A stretch of DNA of 64,000 nt, taken from a bacterium. GTDB taxonomy: Bacteria; Myxococcota_A; Bradymonadia; Bradymonadales; Bradymonadaceae. Shown here in pieces: positions 54,193 through 63,561 of this stretch. The stretch is from contig JAUIBR010000002.1 in the NCBI GenBank assembly GCA_030427705.1, positions 92,631 to 156,630 on the forward strand, in the 5' to 3' direction. The notes beneath the pieces were generated by a model, which was given only the letters and a program-made list of their open reading frames with translations, did not search any database and had not been told where the DNA came from. The position numbers and the translations under genes were made by a program. Numbering within the stretch: the first letter of the stretch is position 1; every line of letters starts with the position of its first letter.

Positions 54193-55917
54193 TCACAACC
54201 GTTTTCGCAACGACGAAGCTCCGAGTTTGATGGAACCCCATGCTGCCGCGGCCGGCATCAAGACCGCGATCGTCACCGCGATATAGTTTGCCATCCTTGG
54301 GGGGTTCATCGTCTTCGCCTCTAAGAGGCTTCCCAGATACATCGTTACGCGGAACGATCCAACCAACACCGAGAGGACCAAGAACATCCCCAAGATCATG
54401 TAGATGACCGCGCCAAAGCTGGACGCGATTTTGGCGGCATTGGGGTTGTGAAACTGCGGATAAACCGCACCGAATCCAACGGACATTGCCGACACACCCA
54501 ACGTGATAATCAGGATGATGAAGCTCGCCAGGAAGCAATAGGCAATGTTTTGAAGAACCAAGAGATTAGAGGCCCAGATCAGTGCTTGTCCGACGATGAG
54601 TACCGGGGCGAGGCCGCCGAGCCACTTGCCCCAGAGAAACTTCTCGAGCGTGATGGGAGCCTGCAGGATCATCCAAAATGAACGCCCCTCAACGCTGACA
54701 GTTGGAAACAAGAATCGGCCAGACAATGCCACGACCACGAAGCCGCATGCGGCAAGGTTGAAGAAGAACAGACCCACGTCGCCTAGCAGACGCTCGTCTG
54801 CGGCAATCTCAAAGTACTTATAGTTGACCAGGTAGATGACCATGATCGCGATGACGACCAGGATTTGAGACCACTGCGCGGCATCCCGGATGAAGATCTT
54901 TTGATCCTTTCGAATCAATTGCCGCAACATCGAGGTGACGTGGTCACCTTGGGCCTCTAGCTCGCCCAGACGCTCTTCAAGCGTATCGATCGAGCTCGTG
55001 GTCTGCTTCAGCATCCAATCGCGGAACGTCGTGACCAGGCTCTGGCCATGTCGCCCCTCTTGGGCCTTGCTGTATCCCCGGTAGTACCAAGGTCGGTGGA
55101 ACCAGGTGGCAATGAAGTACAGCGCAATCGGCGTGCTGTAGAGCAGCAGCAGCGGCCAAGGGTCAATGGACGTCCGGCCGTAAAGTACTGGGATGAGAGC
55201 TCCCATCGCCCAATCGCTTGGCAAATACGAAGTCGTTGGGGTCGACAGCAGGTTCAACATCTCGCCGATCGACGCGAACGACTCGGGGTTCAAAAGTCGC
55301 TCAGGTCGTAGCGCGCGGATAACCGTGAATAGGATCGCGAATCCCGCGACGCCCAGGAACAAAAACGCATCCCGGGTGCGGTTTGCGGCGAGGATATTGG
55401 TGATAAACAGCCCGACGAGGGTGGCCAATGCTGTGGGTATAGCCACGAACGGGACCAGCACGGCGATCAACATCACGTAGTAACTTGGGCCCGCACCCAC
55501 GCCGACCCCAGCCGCGATGAAGATCGGCATACCGAACAGAAAGATGACCCATGAACTCTGCGTTAGCGACTCAAGATATCGCGCGCCAAACAGCATATCT
55601 TTGGGTATCGGCTTGCTCATCAAGAACTCGAGCTCATCCGCCAAATAGAACGTGCTGAACACAGTCACGATGTTTGAAAACGCCAGCAGCCCCAAAAAGA
55701 CGAGGAACGCGATGGATAAGAGCTTCTGGATTAGCAGCTCACCCACGGGTTCGATGGTCAGCGCCTCGGTCACGATCCATAGACTGGAACGAAACAGCAT
55801 CACCCAGAAAATCAGGCTCAACGCGGTGAACGCAGGGATGCGGTACTTGCCATCCTGCTCGGAGCGCATCGATCCGCGAATCATGCGGAATTTGATTCCG
55901 ATGAGCTTCTGAATCAC
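54193..55917 (-). CDS. Large polytopic permease of the 'putative ABC exporter' type, partnered with the upstream ATPase
   Basis: 574 aa with at least 10 TM helices. Overlaps the ATPase gene stop. Confidence 0.55.
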   Translation of the reverse strand: MIQKLIGIKFRMIRGSMRSEQDGKYRIPAFTALSLIFWVMLFRSSLWIVTEALTIEPVGELLIQKLLSIAFLVFLGLLAFSNIVTVFSTFYLADELEFLMSKPIPKDMLFGARYLESLTQSSWVIFLFGMPIFIAAGVGVGAGPSYYVMLIAVLVPFVAIPTALATLVGLFITNILAANRTRDAFLFLGVAGFAILFTVIRALRPERLLNPESFASIGEMLNLLSTPTTSYLPSDWAMGALIPVLYGRTSIDPWPLLLLYSTPIALYFIATWFHRPWYYRGYSKAQEGRHGQSLVTTFRDWMLKQTTSSIDTLEERLGELEAQGDHVTSMLRQLIRKDQKIFIRDAAQWSQILVVIAIMVIYLVNYKYFEIAADERLLGDVGLFFFNLAACGFVVVALSGRFLFPTVSVEGRSFWMILQAPITLEKFLWGKWLGGLAPVLIVGQALIWASNLLVLQNIAYCFLASFIILIITLGVSAMSVGFGAVYPQFHNPNAAKIASSFGAVIYMILGMFLVLSVLVGSFRVTMYLGSLLEAKTMNPPRMANYIAVTIAVLMPAAAAWGSIKLGASSLRKRL

Positions 55918-56777
55918 GCCGCACCCTCTTCGTCGTCGTCATTCTCGTCGACCTGGCCGTCGGCGCCGGTCGAATCGAACGGGCTTGAGCCGCCGGCGAA
56001 GCGCTGAGCGACCTTCTCGGCCCGCTCTTCCTCAGACTCTTGTGTCAGGCGCAGGAACACGTTTTCCAACGAACCATCGTTCGCGCCCGACTCCATCCGA
56101 AGCTCAGAAAGGGTTCCCCGAGCAATGATGTGGCCGTGGTTCACGATCGCGATCTGGTCGCACACTTCCTCAGCGACTTCCAAGGTGTGGGTCGACAACA
56201 AAATGGTCATCCCATCGCGATGGGTCAGCTTGCGAAACAGGTCTTTGATAAGCCGGTGGCCTTTGGGGTCGAGGCCAACCATGGGCTCGTCGACGACCAA
56301 CAGCTTTGGCTCTGGGAGCAACGCGCCCGCGAAGACCAACCGCTGCTTCATGCCATGCGAGAAGCTCTCGATCAGGCTATCGGCCCACTCTGCCAGTTCG
56401 AATGTCGCCAACAATTCGCGGATGCGCTTTGCCACCGTCGTGGACTTCATCTGGTAGAGCCCACCCACAAATGACAGGTACTCAAACGCGGTAAGTTTGT
56501 CGTAGACGTAGGGCCGGTCGGGGATAAAACCCGTAACCTTCTTCGCCTCAATCGGTTCTAGATCGGTGCGATGCCCATCGATCGTGATGGTCCCTTCCGT
56601 GGGCTGCAGCAGCCCAGTAATCATGCGCAAGGTCGTGGTTTTGCCGGCACCGTTGGGTCCCAACACGCCAAAAATCTGGCCGGGCTCAACGGAAAGTTCA
56701 ATGTGGTCGACCGCCGTGAAGTTGCCATAGCGCTTCACCAAATTGTCCAAGACTACGATCGGTTCTGATTCACTCAT
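55914..56777 (-). CDS. ABC transporter ATP-binding protein
   Basis: Walker A GPNGAGKTT. Signature FSHGMKQRL. Walker B LLVVDEP. Acidic C-terminal tail. Confidence 0.9.
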   Translation of the reverse strand: MSESEPIVVLDNLVKRYGNFTAVDHIELSVEPGQIFGVLGPNGAGKTTTLRMITGLLQPTEGTITIDGHRTDLEPIEAKKVTGFIPDRPYVYDKLTAFEYLSFVGGLYQMKSTTVAKRIRELLATFELAEWADSLIESFSHGMKQRLVFAGALLPEPKLLVVDEPMVGLDPKGHRLIKDLFRKLTHRDGMTILLSTHTLEVAEEVCDQIAIVNHGHIIARGTLSELRMESGANDGSLENVFLRLTQESEEERAEKVAQRFAGGSSPFDSTGADGQVDENDDDEEGAA

Positions 56778-58282
56778 CAGTTGAAATCCGCTTCTGGAGT
56801 CACTTCAACGCGACTGATCTTCAACGCCTCAAGGTGTGGTTCGAACGTCTCCCGATCCAACACCTCTGACACGCTCAATTGAATTTGGTTAACGCCCGGA
56901 ATCAGGGTCGTCCGCGTGGGGTCCAGGTCGACGAACCGGTCGTTGTTCCACGCCTGAGCCCAGTAGCGTGGCACCCATTTGCCGTCGATTTCTTCCGCAC
57001 CCAGGACGTACCTGGCCGGCACGCCCTTCTTTCGCAGCACACCGACGGTGAGTTCAGCCATGGCCGAGCTGGTGCCCTTGCCAGAAGCAAAAGCGGCGTT
57101 ACCTGTGGCGTGTTCCGAATCGCCGTCGAACTCGATTGCATTGGCCACGTTCCGCGCGATCTTCTCGACAAGTTGAACCCCTTTAAGTTCATCGGTGTCT
57201 TCAAGAATTTTCGCGGCCGCTTCCTCGGATACGTCGGCAGGTGCGAGCTTGTACTCTTCAAGGCGTTGTTCGGTTTGCAGCTGTGGGCCCGCGCGCTCGG
57301 CAGTGTCGACCTCGGCGCTGGTGGAGGTCTTGCTGGTCGCCTTCTGCGCGCCGCTGTCCAAGATTAGGGCCAAACCCTCAGGCAGATTGGTGAGCTTGTA
57401 CTTCGAGCGTGAGGTGATGCTTCCGGCTCCGCGGATGAATCCCACGGCCTCATCGACACTAATCTCCGCGGCGCCCTTCTTCTTTGCGCTTTCAAATTTG
57501 GAGCGAAGCGCCTTCGACCGCGACAGCCCAAGCGCCGGGGGAATCCGCGCGGCTACGATTCGAAGTGGGAGTTCTTGAATGTGCACATCCCCTTTCGCAT
57601 CGACATACACGTCCAGTTCAGTCCCCGCGATTTGCTGTTTGAAGTGGTAGGTATCGACGACGGTGTCGTAGACCTCAACCTGATGCTGCCGAACGTATTC
57701 GAAGCGCATATTGGTCATCCCCATGACCATAGGGTCGAAGTACTCCTGTTCGAAGACATCTCCAGGCGTCAGAGAGCCGGACTGTGCTGCGAGCTGGTTA
57801 AACACCGAGCTCGACAATCTGGGTGGCTCCTTCAGTTGGATTCGCCGTTCGCGTTCGTTCTCGTCGATTGTGTAACTGAGCACGACCTCGTTGCCGTTGA
57901 CGGTGCCGGCCAGGTCAAAAGCAGTGAGTGCAGTCTGCACTCGCCCCGAGACCTTTCGAAGGTACGCTGCCTTGTCGACCGTAGCTTTGATGGAGGTTTC
58001 GAGCAGCTGCTCGGTGCCAAGGCTCGAGATGTTCATCAGCAGGTCGTACTCAAGCAACCACCCATCCTCGATAGGGGTGCGAGTTTCGTGAATCACGCCG
58101 ACCTGTTCGTCGTCGCGCGTCAGAATCATCCAGCTTTCGCCCGAGGTGAGCACGATCCCCGAAGGCTGCTCGCTGGCGCGCTGCTCTTCGGCGAAGTTCA
58201 CCTCGTAGACATAGAGACCCAGGACGGTCAGCCACGCGCCAACCGCAATAACGCCAACAATATCGAATGGCCGAACGCTCAA
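56777..58282 (-). CDS. N-terminally membrane-anchored transglutaminase-like-fold protein with Cys to Ser and His to Gln substitutions (predicted pseudo-enzyme)
   Basis: TM helix IVGVIAVGAWLTVLGLYVY. TGase-core-like GTSSAMAEL...GVPARYVLG...YWAQAW...VDLDPT. Confidence 0.45.
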   Translation of the reverse strand: MSVRPFDIVGVIAVGAWLTVLGLYVYEVNFAEEQRASEQPSGIVLTSGESWMILTRDDEQVGVIHETRTPIEDGWLLEYDLLMNISSLGTEQLLETSIKATVDKAAYLRKVSGRVQTALTAFDLAGTVNGNEVVLSYTIDENERERRIQLKEPPRLSSSVFNQLAAQSGSLTPGDVFEQEYFDPMVMGMTNMRFEYVRQHQVEVYDTVVDTYHFKQQIAGTELDVYVDAKGDVHIQELPLRIVAARIPPALGLSRSKALRSKFESAKKKGAAEISVDEAVGFIRGAGSITSRSKYKLTNLPEGLALILDSGAQKATSKTSTSAEVDTAERAGPQLQTEQRLEEYKLAPADVSEEAAAKILEDTDELKGVQLVEKIARNVANAIEFDGDSEHATGNAAFASGKGTSSAMAELTVGVLRKKGVPARYVLGAEEIDGKWVPRYWAQAWNNDRFVDLDPTRTTLIPGVNQIQLSVSEVLDRETFEPHLEALKISRVEVTPEADFN

Positions 58283-58394
58283 CCCTTACTCACGCAATAG
58301 AAACGGTTTGGGTTTGGTACTTGAATGACTCACCGATTTAACGGCAAGATAGTGTCACAACATTCCTGAAGTTTTGCGCCCCTGAGGATATGCC

Positions 58395-58880
58395 ATGTCC
58401 GAGAAAAAAACGACTCACTTTCAGTTTAGTCTCGGCAACATTGAGCTCGAAATCAGTGGCGAACGCGAATTCGTAGAAAGGATGTACCGCATGATCATGC
58501 GCGACATCGAGAGTTCACGCGGTACGGACGAAGAATTCCGCGAAACCATCCGCACGACGCAGAAGCTCACAGGCGTCCAACCTGAATCCAAAGAAGACAC
58601 GAAGAAAGCCATCTTGGACACCCACGGACGTGGCGAACGTCCGGTGGTTTGGGTCCATCGATGCGGTGACATGATGCACAAGATCTACATGTCCTCACCG
58701 CAGGAAATGGCGAAGGCTGAAATACTGCGAATTTTTGACACTGATTGGCTGGGTGTTGTTTTCGCCAACGACGACGCCATCAATCGAGTCCTGCCAGCAG
58801 TCGATCGCGGGCAAACACTCTGGGCCGAGCTGACTCCCGAAGGCCGACGGCGAATCGCGCAGGCCTCTGTGGACGAGTAG
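58395..58880 (+). CDS. Hypothetical protein
   Basis: Clean ATG ORF divergent from the ABC operon. No motif recognised. Confidence 0.4.
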   Translation: MSEKKTTHFQFSLGNIELEISGEREFVERMYRMIMRDIESSRGTDEEFRETIRTTQKLTGVQPESKEDTKKAILDTHGRGERPVVWVHRCGDMMHKIYMSSPQEMAKAEILRIFDTDWLGVVFANDDAINRVLPAVDRGQTLWAELTPEGRRRIAQASVDE

Positions 58881-58927
58881 TCGCTCTCGGGTTATATCGG
58901 CGCTTGTTAGCTTAACCGGAGCGCCAT

Positions 58928-60847
58928 ATGTCGACCTTTTATATCACCACCCCAATCTACTACGTAAACGGCGAGCCCCATATCGGGCACGCGTACACGA
59001 CGATTGTGGCCGATGCGATGGCTCGGCATTACCGACAGCGCGGTTACGACACCTTCTTTCTGACCGGCACTGACGAGCATGGTCTCAAGGTGCAACGCGA
59101 GGCTGAGCGCCAGGGCATCACGCCCAAAGAGCTCGCCGACCGAAACTCGGACAGCTTCAAGCGCTTGTTTGAAAAGCTCGAGCTGACGCACGACCGATTC
59201 ATCCGAACCACCGACGAAGACCACAAACACGTGGTCGAACATATCGTTCAGCGGATGAAAGACGCCGGCGACATCTACCTGGACTCGTATTCAGGCTGGT
59301 ATGCGGCGTCCGATGAGGCTTTCTACGACGAAGATGAGATTGAAGACGGCAAGGCCATTTCGTCTGGATCCGACGTCGAGTGGGTCGAAGAGGCGAGCTA
59401 CTTCTTCCGCCTCAGCAAGTACGAAAAGCCGCTGCTGAACTGGTACAAAGAGAATCACCACCACGTCCAGACCGACGCGCGACGAAACGAGGTTGCTTCG
59501 TTTGTCGACGGCGGCCTTCGCGACCTGAGCATCAGCCGGACGACCTTCGAATGGGGCATTCCCTTCCCGGCCGACCCTGAGCACGTGCTCTACGTTTGGG
59601 TTGATGCCCTGACGAACTACATCACCGGCGTCGGTGCGTTCACCAACGACGAGATGTTCAACAAGTTCTGGCCTGCTGACTGTCACCTGATTGGAAAGGA
59701 TATCCTGCGATTCCACGCGGTCTACTGGCCGGCATTCTTGATGAGCGCTGAACTTCCACTACCAAAGCAGGTTTTTGCGCATGGTTGGTGGATGAACGAA
59801 GGTCAGAAGATGAGCAAGAGTCTGGGTAACTTCCTTGACGCGTTTGAGCTCGCCGACGAGTACCCACTGGACCTCCTGCGCTATCACCTGATTCGTGAGA
59901 TTCCGCTAGGTTCCGACGGCAACTTCGTGAAGGCACGTGTCGTTGGCCGCAACAATAGTGAGCTTGCAGACAATCTAGGGAACCTGGTCAATCGCTCGAT
60001 GGCGATGACGAACAAGTTCTGCGACGGCAAAGTACCGGCTTATATCGGCACAACGGCTGAGGTCGATGTTGCCCTGAAAGCCAACGCCGAAAATGTACGG
60101 AAGGAAGTGGAAGAGGCCTTGGACCGCCGCGAAACACATCGCGCGCTGGAGCTCATCATGGGCTTCTCCGCCGACCTGAACCAGTACGTCGCGATGACGA
60201 CGCCATGGAAACTCAATAAAGAAGGCGAGACGCAGCGCTTGAACGCCGTGATGTACCACCTCTTGGAAGGTGTTCGCTGGGTGGCTGTGATGGCGCACGC
60301 CTTTATCCCACGCGCAGCTGCAGCCATCTTGAAAGCGTTTGGCATCGAGGATGAGTATCCACAGTACGACACGCTGGAATGGGGTGGCCTGGCTAACCAG
60401 ACACCGATCAACGCACCAGAAGTGTTGTTCACGAAGCTGGAACTTCCCGAGGAAGAGGCCAAGCCAGAGCCGAAGAAGGAATCGAAACCGAAGCAGGAAT
60501 CGAAGCCCAAAAACGAAGGCATCATCGAATTCGATGACTTCCTGAAGGTTGAGCTCAAGGTCGCTCACATCAAGGCGGCAGAACGTGTTGAGGGCGCTGA
60601 CAAGCTCCTGAAGCTGACGATCGACGCGGGCGAAGACGAGACGCGAACCGTCGTGGCTGGCATCGCGAAGAGCTACGAGCCAGAAGCCTTGGTCGACAAG
60701 CGCGTCGCAATGGTCGCAAACCTCAAGCCACGCAAGGTCTTTGGCGTGCTGAGCCAGGGGATGTTGTTGGCTGTCGACACAGCTGACGGCGGCTTGGAGC
60801 TGGCTGAATACAGCGCCAACGTCGCGCCAGGCACACGAATCTCCTGA
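58928..60847 (+). CDS. metG: Methionyl-tRNA synthetase with a C-terminal EMAPII-like tRNA-binding domain
   Basis: HIGHAYT. KMSKS appears in GQKMSKSLGN. The C-terminal OB-fold region is LKVAHIKAAERVEGADKLLKLTID. Confidence 0.95.
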   Translation: MSTFYITTPIYYVNGEPHIGHAYTTIVADAMARHYRQRGYDTFFLTGTDEHGLKVQREAERQGITPKELADRNSDSFKRLFEKLELTHDRFIRTTDEDHKHVVEHIVQRMKDAGDIYLDSYSGWYAASDEAFYDEDEIEDGKAISSGSDVEWVEEASYFFRLSKYEKPLLNWYKENHHHVQTDARRNEVASFVDGGLRDLSISRTTFEWGIPFPADPEHVLYVWVDALTNYITGVGAFTNDEMFNKFWPADCHLIGKDILRFHAVYWPAFLMSAELPLPKQVFAHGWWMNEGQKMSKSLGNFLDAFELADEYPLDLLRYHLIREIPLGSDGNFVKARVVGRNNSELADNLGNLVNRSMAMTNKFCDGKVPAYIGTTAEVDVALKANAENVRKEVEEALDRRETHRALELIMGFSADLNQYVAMTTPWKLNKEGETQRLNAVMYHLLEGVRWVAVMAHAFIPRAAAAILKAFGIEDEYPQYDTLEWGGLANQTPINAPEVLFTKLELPEEEAKPEPKKESKPKQESKPKNEGIIEFDDFLKVELKVAHIKAAERVEGADKLLKLTIDAGEDETRTVVAGIAKSYEPEALVDKRVAMVANLKPRKVFGVLSQGMLLAVDTADGGLELAEYSANVAPGTRIS

Positions 60848-61926
60848 TGCTTTGGACCACGCATCTCGCGCCAATCGACAACGTTGACGCGCGTATGGCC
60901 GAGTTTCTGCGCCTTGTGCCACAGGGTGGAGACGACCTCGTCTTGTCCACCCTCGCCGACCCGTACGCACCAATTCGACGGAAAGCGGCCGAGCTTGCTG
61001 CCATCCAAATGTCGGAGCCACTCAGCGATCGCCTCCTGGCCATCGCTGCTGGAGACGACGACATCGCCCTGCCGGACGAACCTGAGCATTTGGGCGCAAT
61101 CTGTCTCGCTTTGGCTTCAGAGTCCGTCTCAGCGTTGGCACGCGGGTTCTTGCTGCAATCTCTGAAACATGAATCAGGCGAGGTCCGCTATCACGCCCTG
61201 CTCGGCCTGCATAAGGCTGCACAGGATGAGGATTATCAGGACGTCCTCGGGGAGCTGTTGGATTCCGAAACAGACGCCGGCGTGATTGTGGCTGGTAGTC
61301 AGATCGCCGCACAACGCGGTTGGCTTAAGCTATCGATTGCCCTGGCGCAGTGCCGCGGTCGCGTACGTTCCGAAGACCGGTTTCAGGTCGATTTGAGCCT
61401 TGGCGAACTGTCCAACCTCGGTGCGTCTATTGACGAAGATTTGAAGATCGAAATCTTGGATTCAATCCGTAAGGCATTGAAGAAAGAAGAGACGATGGCA
61501 GCAGCGCTCAAAGGTCTGGCGGCCTGGCGAGACGCCGACAGCGCGGAGGCGATCCGTAAATCTGCTGGACGTTGGCGTGTGCACCCGCTTCTGCGCGTCG
61601 AAGCCACGCGTTCCTTGTATGTCCTGGGACAGCCAGACGCGGTCGACGAGATGAGCAAACACCTGCGCTCACGCCGCACAGACGTTCGCGGTTACGCGAT
61701 CGACAGCATCGGTGATTTGCAGATTGATGAGCTTTTTGAACCCGTGGCAGCCATCGCCAACAGTGTCGACCCTCTTGCAGATCAAGCGGTCGAGGCCGTC
61801 GCAAAGTTCGGAAAACGTGGCCAAAGCGTTCTGGACACGGTTCAGTCGACACATCCGACAGCCGCTGTTCGCAATCTCGCGAAGCAACTTCGACGCACGA
61901 TTGACTCTGAGGCGCTCGCGAAATAG
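60847..61926 (+). CDS. HEAT-repeat protein
   Basis: TGATG overlap with metG. Repeats of the PBS-lyase HEAT type: DPYAPIRRKAAELAA, SGEVRYHALLGL and RTDVRGYAIDSIG. Confidence 0.5.
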   Translation: MLWTTHLAPIDNVDARMAEFLRLVPQGGDDLVLSTLADPYAPIRRKAAELAAIQMSEPLSDRLLAIAAGDDDIALPDEPEHLGAICLALASESVSALARGFLLQSLKHESGEVRYHALLGLHKAAQDEDYQDVLGELLDSETDAGVIVAGSQIAAQRGWLKLSIALAQCRGRVRSEDRFQVDLSLGELSNLGASIDEDLKIEILDSIRKALKKEETMAAALKGLAAWRDADSAEAIRKSAGRWRVHPLLRVEATRSLYVLGQPDAVDEMSKHLRSRRTDVRGYAIDSIGDLQIDELFEPVAAIANSVDPLADQAVEAVAKFGKRGQSVLDTVQSTHPTAAVRNLAKQLRRTIDSEALAK

Positions 61927-61963
61927 AGCTAGACCACCAATCTGGCCCTTTTTCGGAGAACGC

Positions 61964-62941
61964 ATGAAACTCGCAACACTTAACGACGGAACTCGAGACG
62001 GAAAGCTCATCATCGCGCGGCGCGATGGTCAGGCATACGTTGACGCCTCGGATATCGCCCCAACGCTCCAGTCCGCTTTGGATAACTGGAATGACGTTGA
62101 AGCCAAACTTCTGGCTCGCTCCGAAAAACTGAACGCTGGTGAGATCGAGCATCAATCGCTCGACATCGCGAAGCTGCATTCGCCGCTGCCTCGTGCCTAC
62201 GAATGGATCGATGGTTCGGCGTACATCAACCACATCGTCTTGGTCCGCAAAGCACGTGGTGCTGAGCCTCCAGAGACGCTGGAAACCGACCCACTCATCT
62301 ACCAGGGCGGAAGCGGTACGTTCCTTCGCCCAACGCAGGACATCCCAATGATGAACGCTGAGTGGGGATTGGACTTCGAAGCTGAAATCGCGGTTGTCCT
62401 GGACGACACGCCAGCCGGAACGCCTAAGGAAAACGCGCTCGACCACGTCCGCCTGCTCATGTTGGTAAACGACGTCACGCTCCGAAACCTGATCCCTGCC
62501 GAGCTGAAAAAGAACTTCGGGTTCTTCAACTCGAAGCCCTCGACTGCATTCTCACCGTTTGCGGTCACTCCAGACGAGCTTGGCGATGCATGGCAGGACG
62601 GCCGCATTCACCTCCCGCTCTACAGCATCTACAACGGCGAGCAGTTCGGCGATCCAGATGCAGGTCCAGAGATGCACTTCTCGTTCAAAGACCTCATCAC
62701 GCATATCGCGAAAACCCGTCCGTTCACGGCTGGCACCATCTTGGGTTCGGGCACAATCTCCAACGACGATCGCGCTCGGGGCTCTTCATGCTTGGCTGAA
62801 CAGCGCATGCTCGAGAAGATCGACACCGGTGAGTTTGTGACACCATTCATGTCAGAAGGTGACACGATTGAGATCTACATGCTGGACAAAGACGGTAACA
62901 ACATCTTCGGCACGATCAGCCAGAAGGTAGCAAAGGCATGA
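61964..62941 (+). CDS. Fumarylacetoacetate hydrolase (FAH) family protein
   Basis: About 326 aa starting from the ATG at 61964. FAH-fold composition. Coupled to the maiA gene (ATGA overlap). Confidence 0.72.
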   Translation: MKLATLNDGTRDGKLIIARRDGQAYVDASDIAPTLQSALDNWNDVEAKLLARSEKLNAGEIEHQSLDIAKLHSPLPRAYEWIDGSAYINHIVLVRKARGAEPPETLETDPLIYQGGSGTFLRPTQDIPMMNAEWGLDFEAEIAVVLDDTPAGTPKENALDHVRLLMLVNDVTLRNLIPAELKKNFGFFNSKPSTAFSPFAVTPDELGDAWQDGRIHLPLYSIYNGEQFGDPDAGPEMHFSFKDLITHIAKTRPFTAGTILGSGTISNDDRARGSSCLAEQRMLEKIDTGEFVTPFMSEGDTIEIYMLDKDGNNIFGTISQKVAKA

Positions 62942-63561
62942 AGCTCTACAACTACTGGCGTTCATCGTCGAGCTGGCGGGTCCGCATCGCCCTGAATTTC
63001 AAAGGGTTGGACTACGAGTACATCCCGGTCCACCTGGTGAAGGATGGCGGTGAACAGCGCCTCGATTGGTTCGCGCAGAAGAATCCGGCCAAACAGGTTC
63101 CGCTGCTCGAGGTCGATGGCATCGCGCTGTCTCAGTCGATGGCCATCTTGGACTACCTGGAGCAACGCCATCCAGACCCCACCCTGCTGCCCGAGGACGC
63201 TTATATGCGTGCTCACGCGATTCAGCTGGCTGAGATCATTAACTCAGGCACGCAGCCGTTGCAGAACCTCCTGGTGATTCAGAAGTTCAAGGCGCAGGGC
63301 TGGGACGCAAAGCTGTGGTGCCAGGAAGCCATCATCGCGGGATTGGCCGCGTTTGAAGCGACGTTGGAGCACAACGGAGACTTCTGTGTTGGTCAATCAC
63401 CGACCTGGGCTGACTTGTGCTTGATTCCACAGCTCTACAACGCACGCCGATTTGAGGTCGACGTGTCGCAGTGGGAGAAGATTTCCGCGATCGAAGAGCG
63501 GGCGTTGGCCCACCCGGCGTTTGCCGCCGCACACCCTGACAAGCAGCCTGACGCACAATGA
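62938..63561 (+). CDS. maiA: Maleylacetoacetate/maleylpyruvate isomerase (GST zeta class)
   Basis: N-terminus MKLYNYWRSSSSWRVRIAL is the GST-zeta signature. Confidence 0.82.
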   Translation: MKLYNYWRSSSSWRVRIALNFKGLDYEYIPVHLVKDGGEQRLDWFAQKNPAKQVPLLEVDGIALSQSMAILDYLEQRHPDPTLLPEDAYMRAHAIQLAEIINSGTQPLQNLLVIQKFKAQGWDAKLWCQEAIIAGLAAFEATLEHNGDFCVGQSPTWADLCLIPQLYNARRFEVDVSQWEKISAIEERALAHPAFAAAHPDKQPDAQ

